Made by a program: the position numbers and the translations under genes. Source: Stegostoma tigrinum (Eukaryota). Taken from it: a stretch of DNA of 64,000 nucleotides. Location: the NCBI RefSeq assembly GCF_030684315.1, contig NC_081397.1, positions 11,866,421 to 11,930,420 of the forward strand, written 5' to 3'. Of the stretch, positions 53,330 through 64,000 are shown one piece after another (position 1 is the stretch's first letter; each line of letters opens with the position of its first letter). The notes below the pieces were generated by a model, which was not told where the DNA came from, ran no database searches, and saw nothing but the letters and a program-made list of their open reading frames with translations.

Positions 53330-54580
53330 TTTGGTCTGTCTGTGTTGTTTTCCTGTAGACGCTGGTTTGAAGTTCCCCATTAACTGGTCGCTGTACTGTG
53401 GTACCTAGGAATGCAGTTTGTTGTTGTGTTCCTCCTCTTTTGTGAATTTTACATCAGGAAGGATATTATTGATGGTCTTGAATGTTTCCTCTAATTTGTT
53501 TCGTTTAGTGATGACAAAGGTGTCATCCACGTAGCAGACCCAAAGTTTGGGTTGGATGATTGGCAGAGCTGTTTGTTCGAGTCTCTGCACTACTCCCTCT
53601 GCTAAGAACCCTGATGTCGGAGATCCCATGGGTGTACCGTTAGTTTGTCTGTAGGTTTTGTTATTGAAAGTGAAGTGGGTGGTGAGGCATAGGTCCACGA
53701 GCTTGATGATTTTGTCCTTGCTGATGAGGTTGGTGGTGTCTGGTGTATGTGTCTTTGGTTCTTCTACTAGTGTAGTCAGTGTTTCTTTGGCCAGATTGAT
53801 GTTGATGGATGTGAACAGGGCTGTTACGTCAAAGGAGACCATTGTTTCATCCTCTTCTATCTTGGTGCTTTTGATGGTGTTCAAGAATTCTTGGCTGGAG
53901 TGAATGGAGTGGCGTGAGTCTTCTACTCGGTGTTTTAGTCTTTGGTGTAGTTCCTTGGCTAGTCTGTATGTTGGTGTTCCAGGTAGTGAGACTATGGGTC
54001 TGAGGGGAGCTCCTGGTTTGTGAATTTTGGGTAGTCCGTAGAAGCGTGGTGTGTTGGATCCATCTGGTTTCATTTTTTGGAAGAGTCTCTTGTTTAATTC
54101 TCCAGATTTTTGAAGTTTTATGAGTGAGGCTGTGATTCGGTTCTCCAGTTGTGGGGTCAGGTCTGTCGCCACCTGTTGGTAAATATCCACCAAAAGACAT
54201 GACCCACGATCACTAGTATCCTTGCATACAGATGAGGAAGGCCACCACTTTGGGACAACACATCCATCCATCTTGGACAAGACAAACAGAGACACGCACA
54301 AGAATTCCTGGAAGCATGTCATTCCAACCGAAACTCCATCAACAAACAGAGATTTGGAGCTCATCTACCACCCTTTGAGAAAAAGAACAGGAAATGACAT
54401 CACCGGCACAGGAAGTGACATGACCAACCCAAGGAAACCTAAACACCAGCGCTTCACCGTAGGCTCACTGATGATGTTACCTAGAATGGTGACGAAACGT
54501 CTGAAAATGAACCTTCCAGCTTAGTGAGCAAACTTACATCCAGAACCTCAAACTGAGCTACAAATCTTCTCAAAACTCGC
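53330..54580 (-). mobile_element. Penelope-like element: RT region on minus strand joined to an inverted 3' end with hammerhead motif
   Basis: ORF 53405..54364: FYGLPKIHK, LRPIVS, SFDVTALFT, QTNGTPMGSP, YVDD; plus-strand 3' end with ribozyme core at 54468-54501. Confidence 0.9.
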
Positions 54581-54699
54581 TAACAGATTAATATTGTCAC
54601 TTGCAATTCTCAGCAGAAACTAACAGGTACAGGCTGGTAAATAGTCATACGTTTACGTAAGAGAAACTGACAGATATATATAGATAAATATATTGATTG

Positions 54700-57600
54700 T
54701 AGAAATGATTTGGAGTTGGGTATTGAGGATAAAGTCTCTAAATTTACAGATCATACTAAGCCATGGAGAAGAGTGCATTGTGAGGATGATACTGAGTGAC
54801 TTCACAGGGACATTGACAAGTTGGCCAAATGGGCAGAGACCTGGCAGATAAATTTCAATGCAGAAAAATATGAGCTTATGCATTTTGCTGAGAAAAATGC
54901 AAAGAAACAATACAAGCTTAAGGGTACAGCTTTAAAGGGAAAATTGGAACAGAGAGATCTTGGGGTTCATGTGCATCGTTCTCTGAAGGTGGCCAGGCCA
55001 GTTGAAACAGTTGTGAAGCAGGTTCAAAGGATCTTTGAGTTTAAAAATAGAGGCATTGAGTCTCAAAGCAAGGAAGTAATGCTACGCCTCTACAAATCAT
55101 TGCTAAGACCACATTGCTCAGGCTACGCTTGTGTTCAGTTCTAGACACCTTATTTAAGGAAGAACACTCTGGAGATGGCTTAAAGGTGTCACTAGAATGA
55201 CAGCAGGAATGAAGGATTTTACGTTCAAAGAAAGATTAATGAAACCAGGCTTATTCTCCATGGAGCAGAGGGGTCACAAATGGGGGTGTTCACAATAATG
55301 AAGAATTTTGAGAGGGTAAAGTAGAATACTCTGTTTCCACTATGTCAGTAACCAGGGGTCACAATTTCAAATTTGTCACCAAGACAGCTAGGAGTGAGAT
55401 GAGGAGAAACATCTTTGGAGCATTGTTCGGATTTGGAATGCACTGCCTGGGAGAGTGGTGGAGGTGGATTCCATATGAGGTATGAAGAGAGAGCTGGATA
55501 TATGTTTGAAAATGATGAAGTTAGAGGGTAATGAAGATCAGGCTGGGGAATAATCACACCTCTGATAATAGCTCACCACAATTAAAAAATAAATGCAGAG
55601 TAGATTCAATTCATTGGCTCATCTGCCCTGATACACTCACCAGGAGATCAAATGGATACTCAAGTTAGGAATGGACAGCACAAAATCTCAAATCCCTGCC
55701 ATCAAGGGTCAGATCATGCTGCAGCAGAAGAGATTGGCCCACTCAGAGTTATGTGAGAGACAGTTATTCCGATGGCTTCTCAAGGCAAATTCATGTTTGG
55801 AGTTGATGTCTGGCTGAGTGAATGGGAACAAAGCTTAGCCATTTCTCAGCTGCAGAAACCTGACGCTCCTCTGTCCTCTCTTCCTTCTCCCCCTTATTTG
55901 CTGGAAGGAACAATTGCTATCCATCAATTTGTGAGGCATTGAAGGGATTCTTCTGTGCTGTCTCACAATGTCCGTGGAAGATTGGCATAAACATTTCCCT
56001 CTTCACCTTGACCTGGTTCCTCATCCCCTCGCATATCTGTGTGCCTCAGGGTGGTGTATGTGATGCAGGATGGTTGCTGGTCTGCTTGCTCAGCCTGAAA
56101 ATAGGACAATACAGAAACATAGTAAATGAGGAGCAGGAGCAAAATCGGTGGCCTCATGGACAGTGAAGGTGGTTATCTCAGAGTACAACGGGAACTTGAT
56201 CAACTGGGCCAATGGGCCGAGGACTGGCAGGTAGAGTTTAATTTAGACAAATATAGAGGTGTTGCATTTTTGCTGAGGCAAACCAGGGCAGGTTAATGGT
56301 AGGGCCCTGGGGAGTGTTGTCAAACAGAGGGATCGAAGGGTGCAGGCACATAGTTGCATAAAGTGGAGTCCCAGGCGGACGGCAAGTTTGGAACAGTTGC
56401 CTTCAACAGTTCCAACACTGAGTGTAGGAGTTGGGATGTTATGATGTGGCTGTCCAAGACATTTTGCCCCTAAGAACTCGATGCTGCTACTTGAACAACA
56501 TTCACTACTCTGATCCCAACCACTTTCTGTGGCAGAGAATCCCCTTGGATCCCCACCCTCTAGGTGAAGACATTTCTCCCCACCCTCAGCCCTTCCCCAT
56601 CTCCTTTAGACTGTGAGCCCCTGAGGGTGGACTCATGTGTCCTTAGCCCCATGTCCAGCCATCAGCAACATCTGTGTTTACCCCTGTTAAGTCCCATTGA
56701 AATTTCACAGGTTTCTATGAGATGACTCCTCATTCTTCTAAACTCCAGTGAATATAATACTAAGCGATCCAGTCTGTCCTTATCCTTCAGTCCTGCCATC
56801 CCAGGATTCAGTCTGGGAAACCTCGGCTGCACTCCCTCCATAGCCAGGACATCCATCCTCAGAGACGGAGACCCCAGACTGCAGACACAATACAGCAGGA
56901 TGTGGTCTCTCCCTGTACAATTTCAGCAAGACAGCCCTGCTCCTGGACTGGAACCTTCTCACTATGAAGGCCAACATCACATTTCCATTCTTCACCATCT
57001 GCTGCTCCTGTAATGCTCACTGTCACTGACTGGTGTATGAGGTACATCCAGGACTTGGAGCACCCCCACATCCCAATCCGGCGGATAAAAACCCAATTTC
57101 CTGGTTTTGCACCCAAAGCAGATAACGTCACTCTGATCTACATTGAACTGCACGAATCATTTCAGTGTTGAGCCAACAAGCTGGACATTCGGAGTGGTTG
57201 GATGGTGAACGTGGGGATATGGAGGGGTGAATGGTGAGAAAAACAAACTTTATCTGGAAGACAGTGAGAGTTTACGGGATGAGCAATTAATATCTGGGGT
57301 TGTGACACAGACCAGTTCCTCTTAGAAAAGCACACAGTTGGAACAAGCCTAAAACTGACGATGACAAATGTTATTTCTCTGTACTTTGAACAGGGTGTGG
57401 CCAGCTCTGCCAAGGTGGCAAGGGGACGCCAATCTCAAAATGTCCTTGAATGGATTGACATGCTCGACCTGAAGGTAATGAGGAGTTTGCAAAGGGTTAA
57501 GAGTCACGTGCAGAGCAGATCAGGTGAGAATGGCAGATTTTGCTCCCATAAGGACCATCAGAGACAGGAATGGGAGTAGGATATTCGGCCCCTCGATCCT

Positions 57601-57810
57601 GCTCCACCATTCAATAGGACTGTGGCTGATCCAACATTCCTCATGTCCACTTTCCTGCCCTTCCCATTGATTCCCTGTCTGATCAAGAAACTGTAAATCC
57701 CAGCCTTAAATCTGCCTTCCCCCTGCTGCCACAAATACATACAGCTCTGTCTAGCAAGGAGTTCCAAAGTCTCTTATCTCCCTGAGAGAAGAAATAACTT
57801 TTCATGTCAG
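54700..57810. mobile_element. Cluster of decayed CR1 fragments (+ 54700-55560, + 56130-56460, - 56460-57160, - 57555-57810)
   Basis: KWAETWQINFN, QRDLGVHVH, LYKSLLRPH and LYSLEFRRMR remnants. Confidence 0.75.
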
Positions 57811-58074
57811 TCTTCACTACTGAACCAGATGGTTCTTTGCTTCTCACAATGGTCATCATTAGAGCCTTAACTCCAGATCTGTTTTGTTTAAAGTTTAAGT
57901 CAAAATCCGTGATCTGCAATAGCAAGATTTAATTTCAAGTCCTCACAGTACATCCCAGGCATCTGACAAAATAGGATATTGCCTCCCCATTATTTCGAAA
58001 TTGAAAGTGAATCACACTCAAGTGCGGTGTTCAGATCAGAATAAATTGCCCCGCACCTTTGAGCCAAACATCGA

Positions 58075-58364
58075 CATCAGTGGAATCCCTACAGAGTAGA
58101 AGTAAGCCATTCAGTCCATTAAGTCCGTACCAACCATCTGAGCAGCATCCCACACAGACCGACTCCTCTAATGTATCCCTGTAACCATGCATTTCCCATG
58201 GTTAATCTCCCTAATCTACCAACCCCGGACACTATGCGTAAATTAGAATGACCACTCCACCGAACCTGCACACCTTGAGACAATGGGAGAAGACTGGAGC
58301 ACCCGGTGGAAACCACACACACAATATGAGGCAGCAGTGCTAACCACTGAGCCACCGTGTTGCC
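58075..58364 (-). mobile_element. HE1-type tRNA-derived SINE
   Basis: Head GGCAACACGGTGGCTCAGTGGTTAGCACTGCTGCCTCA, V-SINE-like core, CR1-like tail. Confidence 0.8.
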
Positions 58365-58379
58365 CAGTGTTTTTGCCGT

Positions 58380-58510
58380 GTAGGGCTTGGTTAGCTCAGT
58401 TGACTGTCTGGTCGTGCTGAAAGTGTGTGGTTCAGTTTCTGCACTGGTTGAGATTGCTGTGAATGATCGTTCCCCTTTGCCTTAGATGTGGTGACCCTCA
58501 GGTTAAACAG
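58380..58510 (+). mobile_element. tRNA-derived SINE fragment (same family as 62330-62535, minus strand)
   Basis: GGTTAGCTCAGTTG head and GTGACCCTCAGGTT core shared with the minus-strand copy near 62410. Confidence 0.5.
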
Positions 58511-58531
58511 TTGAAAAGTTAAACAACAAAA

Positions 58532-58768
58532 NNNNNNNNNNNNNNNNNNNNNNNNNNNNNNNNNNNNNNNNNNNNNNNNNNNNNNNNNNNNNNNNNNNNN
58601 NNNNNNNNNNNNNNNNNNNNNNNNNNNNNNNNNNNNNNNNNNNNNNNNNNNNNNNNNNNNNNNNNNNNNNNNNNNNNNNNNNNNNNNNNNNNNNNNNNNN
58701 NNNNNNNNNNNNNNNNNNNNNNNNNNNNNNNNNNNNNNNNNNNNNNNNNNNNNNNNNNNNNNNNNNNT
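58532..58768. other. Assembly gap
   Basis: 237 N. Confidence 1.
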
Positions 58769-58899
58769 CTACATGAACCACCTGCTAAAAACGTAACTTT
58801 GCTGATTAAAAATTAACTGCCAGCTTTTTCACTGCAAAATAACTTGCGTGTTTCCCACCTGATGCAACATCACAGTGAGCTGTAAATAAAAGAAAAGAC

Positions 58900-60880
58900 A
58901 CTTTAATGACAGAATGTATCTAAATGCACGGGGAGAGGGTGTAGAGGCAGATTTACCAGGATGTTGCCTTCGACACTGGAGAGTGCCAGTGATGGAGAGA
59001 GATTGGACAGACTGGGGTTCTTATCGTCAGAGCAGAGGAGATTGAGATGCTGGACATGATTGGGATGTATCAAATGATGAGGGTCCATAGATTGGGTAAG
59101 CAGGAAGAAAGGTTTCATCCTTGATGGAGGGAGCAATGAGGGACCAAGTTTTCACCCAGAAGCTGGTGGGGAACCTGCAACTTGCTACCTGTGAAGATGG
59201 GAGAGGCAGAAACCCTCATCACATATGAAGAAGAATTTTGATGTGCACCTGGGATGCCAAGGCAATGGGCTGAGTGCTGGGGAAATGGAATTAGAGAATG
59301 GTGAGGTGGTGTTTTTAACTGGCACAGGCTCGATGGGCCTTTTATTGGCACTGGAGACCTCTCCAACACTGTGACGAGCTCACTTTGGGATGTGTGTTCT
59401 ACATCCAGTATACTATTTAGATGCAATGCGATTTTGTCCATGTCATTTTCTGAGGTAAGCGGTTTGGCTTATGAGGAGAGATTGAGCAGTTTCGGCCAAT
59501 AATCTCTGGAGTTTAGAAGAATGAGAGGAGATCTCATTGAGGGATATAAGATGGAAAGGAGAAGGAAAGAGAATGATTGCTCATGTGGGACAATCTGGAA
59601 CAAGAGTTCAACATTTCAGGAGAAGGGGCTGGGACAGATTGAAAACAGAGAGAAGGAGGAATGGGTTCTGTCCAAGGGAGACAGGGATGTGAATCTGGGG
59701 GATTTGCTGTGGGTACATACTGCTGTTCTCGAGTGTGTATTCAATGTTGGGACACTGAATGAATTGGAGGAGGAGACAGACAGATTTGGAATCAATGATA
59801 GGTGAATGGGAGTGGGGGCAGGAAACTGGAGCTGAAGCCAAGATGGGATCAGCTGTGCCATATTGAATGGGGCCGTAGGCACTCAAGAGGCTGAATGGTC
59901 TCCTGCTGCTCCTAGCCCTTCAGTTGTATTGGTCATTCAGTAGCCTGGGCTCATGTTAGTGTGGGTGGTACAGACAGTAGCAACAGAAAGCTCTTATTCT
60001 GGGTTGCTAAAATGTGTAATCCATTAAAGGTCACTCAGTAAGAGTGAATGTAAGACCCATGTGATAATGGAGCAGAATTAGGCTGTTTGGCCGATCGAGT
60101 CCACTCTGTCATTTGATTGTGACTGCTGTGTTTCTCAACCCCATTCTCTGCCTTCTCCCCCTCGGCCTTGATCTCTTCACCAATCAAGAACCTATCCATC
60201 ACCGTCTTAAAGACATTCATTGAGTTCCACAGATTCATCACCCTCTGGCTGAAGAAGTTCCTGTTCATCTCAGTTCAAAAATATCATCCCTTCATGCTGA
60301 GGCTGTGCCCCTCATGTCCTCGTCTCTGTCCAAGCCTCTCAGTATTCTGTAAGTTTCAATCGGATTCTCCCTCATCCTTCTAAACTCCATTGAATGCAGA
60401 CAGAGAGCCTTCACCACTCCTCATTAGACAAGCCCTTCATCCCTGGGATCTTGTAAATCTCCTCTTGACCCCCCTCCAGGGCCAGCACATCCTTCCTGAA
60501 ATACAGGGCCCAAAGCTGCTCACAATATTCCAAATATGGTTTGACCAGAGCCTAATACAGCTTCAGCAGTACATCTCTGTTCTTGAATTCTGGCCATCTT
60601 GAATTGAATTCTAATGTTACATTAACTGCCAAATGAACTTGCATGTTAACCTGAAGAGAATCCTGAAGTAGGACTCCCAAGTGGCTTTGTGCTTGAGATT
60701 TCCGAAGCCTTCCCCATTTGAAAAACGGTCTCTGCCTCTATTCCCACCAAAGTGCACAACCTCACACTTTCCCCCATTGTATTCTGTTTGCCATTTCTTT
60801 GCCCAATCTCTGAGCCTGTCCAATTCCTTCGGCAGCCTGTCTGCTTCCTCACCATTACCTGTCCCTCCACCGAACTTTCT
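58900..60880. mobile_element. Decayed CR1 3' fragments (+ 58900-59920, - 60050-60880)
   Basis: MRGDLIEGYKM, FFSQRVMNLWN and WQTEYNGGKCEVVHFG remnants. Confidence 0.75.
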
Positions 60881-61099
60881 GACATCAAAGAAACATGAAA
60901 TGACAACGCTCCCTGTGTGAACAATGCTGGACCCAGAGTGAATGGCTCCTTGTCCCAGAGACCCAGGCCAGAAGGGGCCACACTCAGACATTAAGCTGTT
61001 GTAATGCGGTAATAAACAGATTGATGTCTCAGTGCCCAAACTTTAGGTCACCTCAAAACAAGATGAACAATATAGCAGTTAGCTATCAATGTACGTTTC

Positions 61100-61830
61100 C
61101 CTCTTCCAATTCAATTCAATGACTGCCACTTGGATTTCCCGTGTGTGTCTATGTGTGGCTTGGACTAGTATGGTTACCGTGTCCCAGTTAAACTGATGGC
61201 CTTCACTGTCAGTGTACCGATAGTAAGAAGCGTTTATTGTGCAGTTTTGCTGCTAGCAGATGTTCATGTGTCTTGATAGCTAGTTTTCTTCCTGCCTGTC
61301 TAAGGTAATGGTTGTGGCAGTCGTTGCTTGGTATTTTGTAGACCACATTGGGTTTGCATGTTGTGAGAATGCGGTCTTTAATCCTTGAGTGTTTATCATA
61401 AAGTGGCTGTGGGCTTGTGTGCTCCCATGATTCCTGGTGGTCTCAGGAGTCTTGTTGTTTTGGCGTGCTATGTCCTCCTGTTGTCCAAAATAAATGTTGA
61501 CTCCCGGGGCAACTCCACCCTGCCACCACCTCTCCAGGGTCTATCCTGCTGGTGGGACATGGCATATCCAGGGATGGTGATGGTGGTGTCTGGTACATTG
61601 TCTGTAAGGTATGATTCTGAGTATAATGCTGACTCTCCGGATTTTGACATGAGCTCCCAGAGGTTAGGAAGCAGGACTTTGCAGGGCTGACAGGGCTGTT
61701 TCAGGTCTGTTGTCTTTTCCGGTGCCTGACTCGATGCTGGGTGATCCATCCCATTTCATTTCATTATTCAGAACTTGTGGCGAGGAATACGACTGAATGG
61801 CTTGCTCTTTCGTTTCAAAGGGTCAACCCT
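61100..61830 (-). mobile_element. Penelope GIY-YIG fragment (61100-61460) and LINE endonuclease fragment (61490-61830)
   Basis: NVVYKIP...YLRQAGRKL-like remnant; ESYLTDNVPDTTITIPGY...DRP.RGG in ORF 61468..61749. Confidence 0.55.
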
Positions 61831-62639
61831 GATTACAGGTCACTGTACTCGAAACATTAACTTTGTTTGTCTCTCTCGATGGTTGCTGCCAGATCAGCTG
61901 AGGTTCACCAGAACTTTCTGTGTTTATAACCTGTAATGTTAACTCTGTTCCTGTTTCTCTCCCTCTCCATAATCCGGCTAAGATTTTGAAATTTGCCGTT
62001 CTTGCCGTCTACTCCTGATTGATGCGAGACGAAAAACTTCAAACAGAATCTGTTCGTTTTCCAGGTGCAGTCCTGCCAAGTGAATATCATCAAAGATTCC
62101 CAGCTTCCCAAAGTGGTCTGTGTCTACTTAATGACCTATTCTACAGGTGTGGGGGTGGGGGAGGGGGGTGGGTGGTGGGGTTGTTGGGAGGTTGGCATTG
62201 GGTGTGTGGTTTGGCTGGGGGGGGTGGTGTGGTGTCAACTTCAGAGAGATACATGATCGCGATAACGGTTTGTACAAAGTACAGCTTTCTGTCGGTATTT
62301 ACTGTTTAAAAAGCAATTGGTGCATCAATTACAGATCATGGTCAATTCACCACAGTCTTACCAGATCATTAGAGCTGCTCTCCCGTTGGAGAGAGCGGAT
62401 TGGAAGGTGATGGAACCTGAGGGTCACTGCGCCTCAGGTGATTGGGAGGTTCAAAAGGAGAGTCCTTCACGGTAACCCCATCCGGTGTAGGATTTGAACC
62501 CACACTGTTACCATTCTAATGCATCACAAAGCAGCCATTCTGAGGCAGGAATAGTCGCTGATCTGGAGAGGGGGTGTAATTACAAAACAAATAGCCTTGC
62601 CCCTCTCCCCACCTCAACATCATTGGAGATAAAGAGCTT

Positions 62640-63280
62640 TGTGATGATACTGTCGCTTTAAGAGATTATTTTGTCCTGGTTTCTTTTGAGAGAGAGAGAT
62701 TGAATGAGAGCCATTGAGCTCCCTGGTTAAGGCCACTTGACTAAACAGTTTGAGTTTTTTTTTCCAGCTCTGGTGGGTGTGGCCAGCTCTCTCAGAAGAT
62801 CAGGATTTCTCGGTTTTGTTTCATTTCACATGCACCTGAAGCTGTTGGCATCTCAAGTGCCTTTGAAGCTTCAGTGGATGTCTCCCGGCTCCTGCTGTCT
62901 CTGTATTTTCTGTTGACTTTTTATCCTCCTGGATTGGAGATCTGCACGTGAGAACCTGTGTCTCAATTTTCCATTTCTGTCAAGGACTCTGTTTATGGGA
63001 TGTTACTTTTTCTTAAAACAGTTAATTAGCAATAGTTACTATATCTACTATTTTGTTACATTTCCAACAGTGATAAGTTATTCTTAAATCGTCTTTCTTT
63101 TGTTGCATTTTAACTATAGTGTTTAAATAAATTGTTTTGCTTAACATTGAGTTGTTTGCCCAATCGCATTGCATCTGAAACCAGCACTTCATGTTTGCTT
63201 TGAAAAATAAAGTTAGGGGAGAGACTACCTTCTGAAAATTCTTTGAGTGGGTCTGGCCTGGTCTAGTCTTGTCCATAACA
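62640..63280 (+). mobile_element. Probable solo LTR
   Basis: TGTGATG...CATAACA imperfect inverted termini (TG...CA), internal AATAAA; GGGTGTGGCCAGCTCT shared with a fragment at ~57390; TSD not clean. Confidence 0.45.
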
Positions 63281-63529
63281 GACTGAATAATTCCAAAGAT
63301 TTCTCTTGGGAAGACAGACTGAGCGGTTTTGGCCGATACTCTCTGGACTTCAGAAGAATCAGAGGGGATCCAAAATGCTAAAGTTGGGGGATTGACAAAG
63401 GAGATGGAGAGAGGATGTTTCCTCATGTGGGAAAATCTAAAATGAGAAGTCAAGTCAAGATAAGGAGTTGGGGCAGATTGAAAATGGAGATGAGGAGGAA
63501 TGGCTTCTCTCAAAGGTTGGGGAGAACGG

Positions 63530-63706
63530 GCATGTCTAACCTGCACATCCATTGGAGTGTGCCAGGAAACAGGAGCACCTGGAGGAAACCCACACCATCA
63601 CAGGGAAAATGTGCAAACTTCACACAGACAGTCACCTGAGGCTAAAATCAAAGCTGGATCCCTCACACTGTGCAGCAGCAGCGCTAACCACTGAGCCACC
63701 ATGTCA
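63530..63706 (-). mobile_element. HE1-type SINE (preceded by a CR1 fragment at 63360-63520)
   Basis: Head GGTGGCTCAGTGGTTAGCGCTGCTGC on the minus strand. Confidence 0.75.
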
Positions 63707-64000
63707 TCCATTGAGCCTGTTCCACCTTTCAGTATGTGCCTTCACACCATTAACTTGCCTTTAGTCCCATCCCCTTATTATCTCAGCCAAACAAAAATCT
63801 GTCAGATTGGAAACTAACCACTGATCCAGCCACTGCTGTGTTTGTGGAAAAGAGATTTAAACGTCGATAACCCTTGTGTGTAATCATTTAACGGAATGTT
63901 TTCAGCCTAACGTTAGCAACATACCATGGCGATCCAAATATGAAGCCGTTCTTACTATTTTTTTTGAAACAGAATTTTCCTTACACCTGTGAATGCTCTC

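Noticed and set aside
58320-58420. tRNA genes (also ~11860, ~62480, ~63690)
   Set aside because: tRNA-like heads continue into SINE bodies and do not form complete cloverleaves.
58503-58781. ORF spanning Ns
   Set aside because: Artefact of the assembly gap.

Overview
Vertebrate genomic DNA, very probably a cartilaginous fish (shark), inferred from HE1-type SINEs, shark-type CR1 LINEs and abundant Penelope-like elements. The window holds two diverged copies of an approximately 33-35 kb segmental unit. Each copy has a replication-dependent histone cluster followed by an unrecognised spliced gene with a CpG-island/NRF1 promoter and introns full of a degenerate 49-bp tandem repeat. Unit A has intact H2A, H3.2 and H1 but a clean deletion of H4. 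Unit B has intact H2B, H2A and H4, an H3 pseudogene and only a 3' stub of H1. A young CR1 LINE (about 13.7-17.6 kb) has uninterrupted ORF1 and ORF2 joined by an in-frame U_UUA_AAC slippery heptamer, and ORF2 has no usable AUG, which points to programmed -1 ribosomal frameshifting. Many Penelope-derived insertions with clear target-site duplications carry minimal hammerhead ribozymes, often in head-to-head palindromes. The rest is decayed CR1, Rex/Babar, SINE and LTR sequence plus one assembly gap. All calls were read by eye from the sequence and the ORF track; boundaries of decayed repeats are approximate.
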